From assembly GCA_963823035.1 (NCBI GenBank), contig CAWGKG010000014.1:320001-384000 (forward strand): a stretch of 64,000 bases of DNA. The letters run 5' to 3'. Position 1 is the stretch's first letter. Each line of letters starts with the position of its first letter. The notes under the pieces were generated by a model, which was given only the letters and a program-made list of their open reading frames with translations, had not been told where the DNA came from and did not search any database. The translations under genes and the position numbers were made by a program. The stretch comes from an uncultured Gemmatimonadales bacterium (lineage in GTDB: Bacteria; Gemmatimonadota; Gemmatimonadetes; Longimicrobiales; Gaopeijiaceae). Of this stretch, positions 30,552 to 38,745 are shown piece after piece.

Positions 30552-31117
30552 AAGTACAGGAGGAGGAAGAGCGCCGGTACCGCGATGCCGGCGGCCGTGA
30601 GCCATGCTCCTCGGCCCGTGATGCCGTTCCGGCCCCGCAGCACGAAGAGGCCGGTCACGGCGAGGAGGGCCAGCGCGATCGCGTACACGTCCGCCATCCA
30701 CGTCCACAGCTTCTTGGCGTGGTTGAGGTGCAGGAAGTTCGCCTGCCGCAGGCCGGTGCGGTCGCGCACGGCCTCGAGCGTCGCGGTCTTCCCGGCCAGG
30801 TCCACGGACACGGTCGTCCCCTCCCCCACGAAGATCTCGAGCGTGTTCGGGTCCGGCCGGAAGCTCCCACGCGTCTCGCCCTCGACGCCGAGCTCGCCGA
30901 GGACGGCCGCCACGAAGCCGGGCTCACGGGAGCTCGCGGAGGCCAGGTCGCCGTCCAGGGCGACCGTACGCTCGGCGGTGACGTAGTTGGGATTCCAGTC
31001 CGCCGTGTGATTCACGGCCACGCCGGAGACCGCGTACACCACGGTGAGCCCGGCGCACAGGTAGCCGAGGTCCCGATGGATGGCGGCGTTCCAGCGGCGC
31101 CACCGCTTTCCCGCCAC
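30548..31117 (-). CDS. PepSY-associated TM helix protein (iron-regulated membrane protein-like)
   Basis: WNAAIHRDLGYLCAGLTVVYAVSGVAVNH, NFLHLNH, WTWMADVYAIAL. Confidence 0.85.
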   Translation of the reverse strand: MAGKRWRRWNAAIHRDLGYLCAGLTVVYAVSGVAVNHTADWNPNYVTAERTVALDGDLASASSREPGFVAAVLGELGVEGETRGSFRPDPNTLEIFVGEGTTVSVDLAGKTATLEAVRDRTGLRQANFLHLNHAKKLWTWMADVYAIALALLAVTGLFVLRGRNGITGRGAWLTAAGIAVPALFLLLYF

Positions 31118-31122
31118 GCTTG

Positions 31123-31650
31123 TCAGCTCGCGACGATCGCGCCGACGCCGCGGATCCTGAAGATCGTCTGCGGACCGGTCACCGATGCGGGATCGAACGC
31201 CTCGCCGTGCTCCTCGGCCTTGCTCTCGGCCTCGGCCAGCGCCTCCTCGGCCGTGAGGTCCAGGCGCTCGACCACGCCCTCCACGAGCGCGTCCTTCCCC
31301 TTCGCGCTCAGCGGGAAGACGATCACGCCGTCGTCCACCTTGATCTGGATCTTCTCGAACTCGCGATCGCTCGCGATATCCATCCAGCAGCCGCGCTTCT
31401 CGCACACGGCCACCACCATGCCGCGCACCAGCACCCGCTTGCCCACCCACGCCTCGGGGGCGTCGAGGATGTCCGAGACCTGCGTGATCTCGGTGAGCGT
31501 GATCGGCTCGCCGTAGCGCTCACCCTCCATGGACGCGAGGGCGACGCCGTCCTCCGCCGCGGAGCCGGCGCGAGCCGGCGATGCCTGCTCGGGAGAAGCC
31601 TGACAACCGGCGAGAAGGACGATCGAGGCAGCGAACGCAACGAGTCTCAT
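31123..31650 (-). CDS. DUF4920-like lipoprotein
   Basis: LLAGC lipobox; YGEPIT, VCEKRGCWM, VIVFP. Confidence 0.8.
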   Translation of the reverse strand: MRLVAFAASIVLLAGCQASPEQASPARAGSAAEDGVALASMEGERYGEPITLTEITQVSDILDAPEAWVGKRVLVRGMVVAVCEKRGCWMDIASDREFEKIQIKVDDGVIVFPLSAKGKDALVEGVVERLDLTAEEALAEAESKAEEHGEAFDPASVTGPQTIFRIRGVGAIVAS

Positions 31651-31752
31651 GGAACACGCTCCGCAGGGGTGGACGGACTTCCGAGCACAAGCTAGCCGCC
31701 ACCGAAGGCCCGCCCCGTCGGGTGATCACCCCCGCCCGTGCCCGGAAATCCC

Positions 31753-32982
31753 CTACGCGCCCGAGGCGCCGGCCCCGGCCGGAAGCGGAAGGAGCGCCCG
31801 CGCCCGACGCGCGATCTCGCGGCCGATGGACAGCGAGGCGGTCGCTGCCGGGCTGGGCGCGTTCACCGCGTGGACGGCGCCCTCCTCCTCGATCCAGAGG
31901 AAGTCGTGGACGAACTCGCCGCTGGGGAGCATCGCCTGGGCGCGCACTCCGGAGCCGCCGGGCACCAGGTCGCCGTCCTCGATCTCGGGAATCAGACGCC
32001 GCAGCGCGCGCACGAAGCGGGCGCGGTCGAACGACTGCGCCAGCTCCCGCACCACCATGCGCCGGTGGCGCACGGCGAAGCGCCACAACCCCGGGAAGCG
32101 CAGCGTATCGACGAGGTCGCGTGCATCCACCGTGCGCAGCTCGTAGCCCTCGCGGGCGAACGCGAGAACAGCATTCGGGCCGGCGTCGATGCCGCCCTCG
32201 ATGCGGCGCGTGAAGTGCACGCCCAGGAAGGGGAAGCCGGGCTCGGGGAGGGGATAGATCAGGTGGCGCACCAGATGCGAGCGCTCGGGACGCAGTCGCT
32301 GGTATTCCCCGCGGAAGGGTACGATACGCGCCGGTGACCGGGCGCCCGCCATCGCCGCCACCCGGTCGGAGTGCAGCCCGGCGCAGTTCACGATCACGCG
32401 GGAGCTGAATTCCCCCGCGGTGGTCAGGATCCGCCAGCCGCCGCGCTCGCGCACCAGGCGGCGCACGCCCGCGCCCGTGCGCAGATCCGCTCCTCTCGCG
32501 GCCGCCTCGCGGGCCAGCGTCTCGCACACGGCGGCGTACGAGACGATCCCCTCCTCCGGGACGTGGATCGCGCCCACGCAGCGTACGTGCGGCTCGATCT
32601 CGTGCGCCTCCTCGGGGCTCAGCCGTCGCAGTCCCTGGAGGCCGTTGCTCCGTCCGCGCTCGAGCATCTCCTCGAGGCGGGGAAGCTCCTCCGGCTCCGT
32701 GGCCACCACCAGCTTCCCGCAGATCTCGTGGGGGATGCCGTGGTGCACGCAGAACTGCGTCATGCTCCGGATGCCGTCGCGGGCCAGGCGTGCCTTGTCG
32801 GAGCCGGGCTTGTACTGGAGGCCCGCGTGCAGCACGCCGCTGTTGTGCGTGCTCTGGTGGCGGGCGAGCCCCGGCTCCTTCTCCAGCAGGCGCACCCGGA
32901 ACGCGGCTTCGTCGTGGACGAGCGCCCACGCGGTGGCGAGGCCGACGATCCCACCCCCGATGACCGTGATGTCCGCAGGCAT
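31753..32982 (-). CDS. lhgO: L-2-hydroxyglutarate oxidase (FAD-dependent)
   Basis: IGGGIVGLATA, HQSTHNSGVLHAG, IVPFRGEY, PFLGVHFT, GVRAQA, NAPSPAAT. Confidence 0.92.
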   Translation of the reverse strand: MPADITVIGGGIVGLATAWALVHDEAAFRVRLLEKEPGLARHQSTHNSGVLHAGLQYKPGSDKARLARDGIRSMTQFCVHHGIPHEICGKLVVATEPEELPRLEEMLERGRSNGLQGLRRLSPEEAHEIEPHVRCVGAIHVPEEGIVSYAAVCETLAREAAARGADLRTGAGVRRLVRERGGWRILTTAGEFSSRVIVNCAGLHSDRVAAMAGARSPARIVPFRGEYQRLRPERSHLVRHLIYPLPEPGFPFLGVHFTRRIEGGIDAGPNAVLAFAREGYELRTVDARDLVDTLRFPGLWRFAVRHRRMVVRELAQSFDRARFVRALRRLIPEIEDGDLVPGGSGVRAQAMLPSGEFVHDFLWIEEEGAVHAVNAPSPAATASLSIGREIARRARALLPLPAGAGASGA

Positions 32983-33040
32983 GGGGAAGGTTCGCCGTGG
33001 CGCTCCCCCCGGACAAGATCGGCTGCGTTCTAGCCGCCGT

Positions 33041-33856
33041 CTAGCGGATCCTCCTCAGGCGCACGTCCCCGCTGACCGTGTTCAGGGAGAGGGATCGCCC
33101 GCCCCCGTCCCCGATCGTGCCGCGCAGCTTCTCGCCCACCCATCGGCGCCGGTGCGTCGATTCGAGCCTCATGTCGAAGTCGGAGTCGAGGTCCCCCGAG
33201 AGCGACTCGAACTCCACCTCCGTGGCGAGGCTCTCCGGCAGGCGCAGCGTGATGTCGCCGCTCACGGTGTGGAAGGAGAGGTCCTTCCAATCGAGCGCAC
33301 CCATCTGGATGTCGAGGGAGCCGCTGACGGCGCTGGCGCGCGCCGTGCCGGTGGTCGACACGGTGACGTCACCGCTGACCGTGCCGGCGGTGACGTCGGA
33401 GCGCAGGTCGCGGGCCTCCACGTCGCCCGACACCACGTTCCCGATGAACTCGACGCCCGCGGGCACCTTCACGACGTAGTCCACCGAGACGCGGATGTTG
33501 TCACCGTGGTGGCGGTCGCCGCGGTCGTGGTCGCCGTCCATGTCGCACCCACCGCCCGGGTGGTCTTCCGGGTGGTACACGGCGCAGAGGGTCACGCCGT
33601 CCGACGCCTCCACGACGCGGATCTCCACCTCGTCGAAGTCGGCGTCTCGGCCGTGCTTCGTCGCCACGATCTCCGCGGTACCCCCGGAGGCCGGCTCGGC
33701 GAGGATGTCGCCGCTGATGCCGCGGACCTCCAGCACCTGGCCGGAGGACAGGCGCCCGCTCCAACGGAAGGGGCTCTGTTGGGCCGAAACCGAGCCGGTC
33801 ACACCCATCATCACACCCACGAGCGCCGCCGCGCGGCGCGCTGCTCTCCACGTCAT
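33041..33856 (-). CDS. DUF4097 beta-strand repeat (adhesin-like) secreted protein
   Basis: Signal peptide; repeated (T/V)VSGD(V/I) motifs. Confidence 0.85.
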   Translation of the reverse strand: MTWRAARRAAALVGVMMGVTGSVSAQQSPFRWSGRLSSGQVLEVRGISGDILAEPASGGTAEIVATKHGRDADFDEVEIRVVEASDGVTLCAVYHPEDHPGGGCDMDGDHDRGDRHHGDNIRVSVDYVVKVPAGVEFIGNVVSGDVEARDLRSDVTAGTVSGDVTVSTTGTARASAVSGSLDIQMGALDWKDLSFHTVSGDITLRLPESLATEVEFESLSGDLDSDFDMRLESTHRRRWVGEKLRGTIGDGGGRSLSLNTVSGDVRLRRIR

Positions 33857-33956
33857 CCCGGTTTCCCCCGCTTCCTTCGGTCGGTTGGTCCCCACGCTCG
33901 TCCCCATCGGCTTCGACGTCGCGCACCCGCCGTTGGTTGGAAGGGCGCGCGGCGGC

Positions 33957-34547
33957 CTATCGATCGTAGAGGACGTGGTAGAGCACGAGGCCGCGCGCGA
34001 CCGCCTTGGCCGTGACCTTCGCCATGTAGGTCGGCATCTCCCCCAGCTCCGAGGCGGACGCCGCGTCCAGGGCGCTCATGGGGTCGTCGCCGGGGCGCAT
34101 CCCCTCGAAGCGCTTCATGAGACCGGTCTTCGTGGCCGCGAGCACCCACGGCTTCGTCTCCACCGTCGCCTTCGTGACCACCGCCTCGCGGATCGCGCCG
34201 TCGGGCGTCATGGACAGCCCGACCTCGAGAGGGCCGTGCTGGTTGTTCACCTGGGGGAAGAGCACCACGCCGGTCACGTTCCCGGAGGCGTCCTTCCCGT
34301 AGTAGAACTTGAAGGCGTCGTCCTCGGGCTCGAAGTCGCCCTCCGCGCGGATCTTCTCGAAGTCGGCCCGACCCACGTCCACGGTCTTGAGGAAGAACTG
34401 CGTGGCGTCGGGGACGGTGGCGCGGATCATGTCGGCCTGCTTCTGCAGCACGACGGTCGGGGTGATGTGCGGCCGCGCGGCGGCCGTGAGCGTCAGCGTG
34501 GCGGCCAGCCCGAGCAGGCCGGTCGCGAGGGTGCGCGTAGGCTTCAT
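33957..34547 (-). CDS. secreted FMN-binding-domain-like protein
   Basis: Signal peptide. GVVLFPQVNNQHGPLEVGLSMTPDGAIREAVV matches the FMN_bind fold pattern. ATGA-coupled to the upstream gene. Confidence 0.55.
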   Translation of the reverse strand: MKPTRTLATGLLGLAATLTLTAAARPHITPTVVLQKQADMIRATVPDATQFFLKTVDVGRADFEKIRAEGDFEPEDDAFKFYYGKDASGNVTGVVLFPQVNNQHGPLEVGLSMTPDGAIREAVVTKATVETKPWVLAATKTGLMKRFEGMRPGDDPMSALDAASASELGEMPTYMAKVTAKAVARGLVLYHVLYDR

Positions 34548-35113
34548 GAGTCGTTTCCCGCATGGGTTCGAAGTGGGAATGCGGCGCGCAGGACACCGAG
34601 GAGCACGGCCACGTACGTCGCGGCCATGAGCCATCCCGAGAGGATCGTCAGGTACGAGAAGCCGGGGATGCCGGCCTTGATGAGCCACTGGCCCGAGAAG
34701 TCGAGGGCGCCGGAGCCGAAGGCGGCCACGATGACGGTGTTCCGCCAGGGCGCCCGCCACTCCAGCCCGAGGACGAGGAGCGTCTGGAGCGCCGCCACGA
34801 TCGCGTAGATCATGATGTGGATGTGGCTGTCCTGGACGAGGAGGCGCGTGTCCACGTGGTGCATGTCCTCGCCCATCCCGCCCAGGTCGAGCGGCTGCGT
34901 CGAGCTGCTCGAGGATTCCGGGAGCTCGGCCTCGTCCACCTGGCCGGACGGCGCGTAGGTCGCGCTCACCCGGTCGGGCGTGAGCCCCGCCCAGTCCTTC
35001 ACCATGAAGAACGCGAAGACGTAGGCGTAGCCGAGCACCGCCACGAAGAGCACGGCGGCCAGGCGCACCGAGGGATCGCATCGCCGCAGGCTGTAAAGCC
35101 CCACGCCGCCCAT
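34544..35113 (-). CDS. His-containing multi-pass membrane protein
   Basis: About four TM segments; MHH and DSHIH motifs; translationally coupled on both sides. Confidence 0.7.
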   Translation of the reverse strand: MGGVGLYSLRRCDPSVRLAAVLFVAVLGYAYVFAFFMVKDWAGLTPDRVSATYAPSGQVDEAELPESSSSSTQPLDLGGMGEDMHHVDTRLLVQDSHIHIMIYAIVAALQTLLVLGLEWRAPWRNTVIVAAFGSGALDFSGQWLIKAGIPGFSYLTILSGWLMAATYVAVLLGVLRAAFPLRTHAGNDS

Positions 35114-36270
35114 CAGAAGGTGGTCACGAGCTGGAGGACGTAGCGGGGCGCCCAACGGTGCATCCCGCCGTCCGCGTCCTCGAAGACGGGCTCCGACGCG
35201 TGGTCCAGCCGCGCTTCGAGCCGGAGCTGGAAGCGGGGGATGCGAAACGTCGTGTGCTCGACGTTGGCGAAGATCCCCTCGCGCCCCGTCCCGATGAAGA
35301 GCAAGGGGCTGAAGGTCAGCGACTGCAGCGTCTGCTCCGTGCCCGTGCGTGCGCCGTCGCGGTCGCGGAAGGTCTCGCCGCGCAACGTGGCGCCCAGGTG
35401 CTCGCCGAGGCGCCGGAAGACCGTGAGCGTCGCGCCGTACCAGCGCGCGTCACCGCCGTCCTCCAGCACGCCGCGGTCACCCCCGTAGTTGGCCTCGCCG
35501 GCGAGGATCCAGTCGCGCCCGGCCTCGAGCGCGTAGTCCGCCGACAGCAGATAGCGGTCGTGCACGTCGCCCGGCTCGCCCTCCCCGCCCCAGAGCCCGC
35601 TCAGACCGAGGCTCGTGTGCTCGGTGGGGATGAGACCCAGACGGAGGCCACCGGTCTTCCCGTGGTTGGCGTCGAGCTGCGCGTCCCAGCCGTTGCCGGC
35701 CATGGCCGTGAGGTCGACGTGCGGGCTCGCCGCCCACCGCCCGACCAGCCCGACCATCTTGGCCGGTCGCGCCAGCTCGAAGTTGTAGCTCGACGTGGCC
35801 TGGAAGTTGAGCGGCTCGTCGTCGCGCTCGAAGCCGACGGGAACGTCGAACTTCCCGAACGCGAGGCTCAGGCCGGAGCCGCCGCCGGGCGTGAAGTTCA
35901 CGAGCAGGTTGTCGATCTCGATCTCGGTGGGCACCTCGTCGCCCCCGGCCTCCTCTCCCGACGCGAGCGCCGTGGTGAGCTGGCCGAAGAACCACACCCG
36001 GTCCGACACCTCGCGGAAGAACGCCACCGCGAGCTTGCCCGCCCGAGCGGAGTTGTCGCCGGAGCGCTGGTCCCAGCTGTAGTCCCCGACCCCGAAGCCC
36101 GTGATCTGGAGGGGAAAGCTGTTCTCTCCCGTGAGGTCGTCGAGGCTCTGGCCCGACGGGCGCCCGAGGTCCACGGGCGTGTCCTGCGCGCGCAGCGCGG
36201 CGGGCACCACGCCGAGCGCGGACGCGACGGCGAGGAGGGGCAGGAGCCTGCCCCGGATGCAAGACGGCAT
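35113..36270 (-). CDS. outer-membrane beta-barrel / porin
   Basis: Signal peptide, GKFDVPVGFE motif, amphipathic beta strands, C-terminal Phe. Confidence 0.82.
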   Translation of the reverse strand: MPSCIRGRLLPLLAVASALGVVPAALRAQDTPVDLGRPSGQSLDDLTGENSFPLQITGFGVGDYSWDQRSGDNSARAGKLAVAFFREVSDRVWFFGQLTTALASGEEAGGDEVPTEIEIDNLLVNFTPGGGSGLSLAFGKFDVPVGFERDDEPLNFQATSSYNFELARPAKMVGLVGRWAASPHVDLTAMAGNGWDAQLDANHGKTGGLRLGLIPTEHTSLGLSGLWGGEGEPGDVHDRYLLSADYALEAGRDWILAGEANYGGDRGVLEDGGDARWYGATLTVFRRLGEHLGATLRGETFRDRDGARTGTEQTLQSLTFSPLLFIGTGREGIFANVEHTTFRIPRFQLRLEARLDHASEPVFEDADGGMHRWAPRYVLQLVTTF

Positions 36271-36347
36271 GGATGTCTCCCTTCCCGGCTGCATCCGGTC
36301 GACGTCCGGAGGCAGCGTGCGGTGGATGGACTACGGACGGAGGGAGA

Positions 36348-36710
36348 TCAGCCCCGGGGCGGAGGGCTTTCCGTGTCGGAGATCGCGGAGAGCGGCGTCG
36401 ACGGCTCGTCGACGAGCGCGAGGGTACGGACCGCCGCCGGACGGGCGGCCACCGGGCCCGCGGGGATCCAGACGGTCGCGAGCGAGCCCTGCGGAAGGGT
36501 CCGGTGGGACGTCACGCTGCCGCCGTGACAGAGGGCCATCGACATGGGTGCGGCCGGGTGGCCCACGGGGTGCCCGGGAGCGCCGTCCATCGGCGCGGCA
36601 GCTTCGGAGAGGAGGCAATGCAGCCCGCAGAGCAGCTGCGGCTGTGCCGCCACGAGGACCGCCAGGAGAAGCAGCCCCGTGATGCGTCGCAGCGGCGACG
36701 GGCGCTTCAC
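36348..36710 (-). CDS. DUF2946/CruR-like leader protein
   Basis: N-terminal hydrophobic helix, CGLHC, His/Met-rich linker with CH, C-terminal SPPPRG; first ORF of the porin operon. Confidence 0.6.
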   Translation of the reverse strand: MKRPSPLRRITGLLLLAVLVAAQPQLLCGLHCLLSEAAAPMDGAPGHPVGHPAAPMSMALCHGGSVTSHRTLPQGSLATVWIPAGPVAARPAAVRTLALVDEPSTPLSAISDTESPPPRG

Positions 36711-36877
36711 GCGCCCAACCCGCTTCCCCGCGCTTTCCCTCTTCGGATCATCTCCGGCCCGCCCCCGGATGACGACGGCCGCGACGGGCCCAGCGCCCGC
36801 CGCGCACTCGACCCTCTAACCCGACGCCCGCGTGGCGGGTTCCGCCGGCCGGCCGGCCGCGCGACGCTACGCGCGGC

Positions 36878-38230
36878 TCATCCTCCGAAAGGCGGCATGC
36901 CGGGGAAGCCGCCGCCCATCCCGCCCATCCCGCCCATCATCCCCTTCATCCCCTTCATGAACTTCTGCATCTCCTTGAACTGCTTCATCAGCCGGTTGAC
37001 CTCGGCCACCGGCCGGCCGCTCCCCTTGGCGATGCGGGCGCGGCGCGAGCCGTTCAGGATGTCGGGGTTGGCACGCTCCTTCGGCGTCATCGACAGGATG
37101 ATCGCCTCCACGTGCTTCATGCGCTTCGGGTCCATCTGCGCGGCGGGGATCGACAGCTTGGCCGCACCCGGGATGAGCTTCAGGAGCTGCTCGAGCGGCC
37201 CCATCTTCTGCACCTGCCGCATCGCGGTGAGGAAGTCCTCCAGCGTGAAGCGCCCCTTCCCCAGCGCCTTCTCCGCGAGCTTCGCCTGATCCTCCTCGTC
37301 GATGGCGGCCTGGGCACGCTCCACGAGCCCGACCACATCGCCCATCTGGAGGATGCGACCGGCGAGGCGCTGCGGGTCGGCCACGTCCAGGTCGTCCACA
37401 CCCTCGCCTACGCCCACGAACTTGATGGGCTTGCCGGTCACGCCCCGGATGGACAGCGCGGCGCCGCCGCGCGCGTCGCCGTCCATCTTGGTCAGGACGA
37501 CCCCCGTGAGGCCCAGCGCGTCGTCGAAGCCCTGGGCGATCTTCACGGCCTCCTGCCCGGTCATCGCGTCGGCGACGAGCAGCACCTCCTGCGGCTTCAC
37601 GGCGTCCTTCACCCGCCGGAGCTCGTCCATGAGCGTCTCGTCGATCTGGAGGCGCCCGGCGGTATCGACCAGCAGCACCTGGTGGCGCGCGGCGCGCGCG
37701 GCGTCCCGCGCCGCGACCGCCGTGGCGACCGGGTCGCCGCCGAACACCCCGGCGTGCACCGGGACGCCGATCTGGCGCCCGAGCGTCTGGAGCTGCTCGA
37801 TGGCCGCCGGCCGCTGCAGGTCGCAGGCGGCCATCATCGGCTGACGCCCCTCGCGCCCCAACCGCTTGGCGAGCTTGGCGGTGGAGGTCGTCTTCCCGGA
37901 GCCCTGCAGCCCGACCATCAGGATCACCGTGGGCGGTGAAGGCGCCCACGCGAGCGTGGGGCGGCCTTCGCCCATGAGGTTGGCGAGCTCGTCGTGGACG
38001 ATCTTCACGATCTGCTGGCCCGGGCTCACCGACTTCACGACGGCTTCGCCCATGGCCCGCTCCTGGACGCGCCCGAGGAACTCGCGCGTGACGGCGAAGT
38101 TCACGTCGGCCTCGAGGAGGACGCGGCGCACCTCGCGGAGCCCCTCCTTGATCATGGGCTCGGTCAGCACGCCCCGCTGGCGAAGCTTGGCGAGTGCCTT
38201 GTCGAGCTTGTTGCTCAGCTCGTCGAACAT
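36878..38230 (-). CDS. ffh: signal recognition particle protein
   Basis: MFDELSNKL, GLQGSGKTT, DTAGRLQ, TKMDGDARGG, Met-rich M domain. Confidence 0.98.
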   Translation of the reverse strand: MFDELSNKLDKALAKLRQRGVLTEPMIKEGLREVRRVLLEADVNFAVTREFLGRVQERAMGEAVVKSVSPGQQIVKIVHDELANLMGEGRPTLAWAPSPPTVILMVGLQGSGKTTSTAKLAKRLGREGRQPMMAACDLQRPAAIEQLQTLGRQIGVPVHAGVFGGDPVATAVAARDAARAARHQVLLVDTAGRLQIDETLMDELRRVKDAVKPQEVLLVADAMTGQEAVKIAQGFDDALGLTGVVLTKMDGDARGGAALSIRGVTGKPIKFVGVGEGVDDLDVADPQRLAGRILQMGDVVGLVERAQAAIDEEDQAKLAEKALGKGRFTLEDFLTAMRQVQKMGPLEQLLKLIPGAAKLSIPAAQMDPKRMKHVEAIILSMTPKERANPDILNGSRRARIAKGSGRPVAEVNRLMKQFKEMQKFMKGMKGMMGGMGGMGGGFPGMPPFGG

Positions 38231-38308
38231 CCTTGGGGCGCGCTCCGTGCGTGGGGGTCGAGGGGCCCGAAAGCTAGACGCACCGCGGAACGGCCTCAAG
38301 CGACGCGC

Positions 38309-38352
38309 TTGACTAGTGACCATTCGTCTCTATTATGGACCTTCAGTCCATA
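38309..38352 (+). promoter_or_regulatory. sigma70-like promoter with overlapping inverted-repeat operator (probable PadR autorepression)
   Basis: TTGACT-16-TATTAT; TATGGAC-CTTCA-GTCCATA perfect 7-5-7 inverted repeat at 38334-38352. Confidence 0.65.
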
Positions 38353-38375
38353 GCCACTTCCCGGTGGAGGTCCAT

Positions 38376-38745
38376 GTGCCCGACCACGACGACGCCGGAC
38401 GCTTTCTCCCGCTCAAGCCGGAGGACTTCCAGATCCTCCTCGCCCTCGAGGACGGGGAGCGCCACGGCTACGCGGTGCTGAAGGAGATCGAGCGGGCCAC
38501 CGGAGGCGCCGTGGCGCCGGCCGCGTCGCCCTTCTACCGGAAGCTCCGGCGGATGGAGGAGCTGGGCCTCGCTGGCCGAGACGGACGCGCGCCCATCGCC
38601 GGAGCTCGACGACGAGCGGCGGCGCTACTACGCGCTCACGCCCCTCGGGCGGGAGGTCCTCACGCGCGAAGCCCGACGCGTGGTGGCGCTGGCCGGCCAC
38701 GAGCGGATCCTGCGGCTCGCGCGCTCCGCGGAAGCGAAGGGGTGA
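38376..38745 (+). CDS. PadR-family regulator; frameshift near 38572 that falsely fuses it to the permease in the ORF track
   Basis: FQILLALEDGERHGYAVLKEIE, then in another frame DDERRRYYALTPLGR; GGAGG RBS. Confidence 0.88.
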
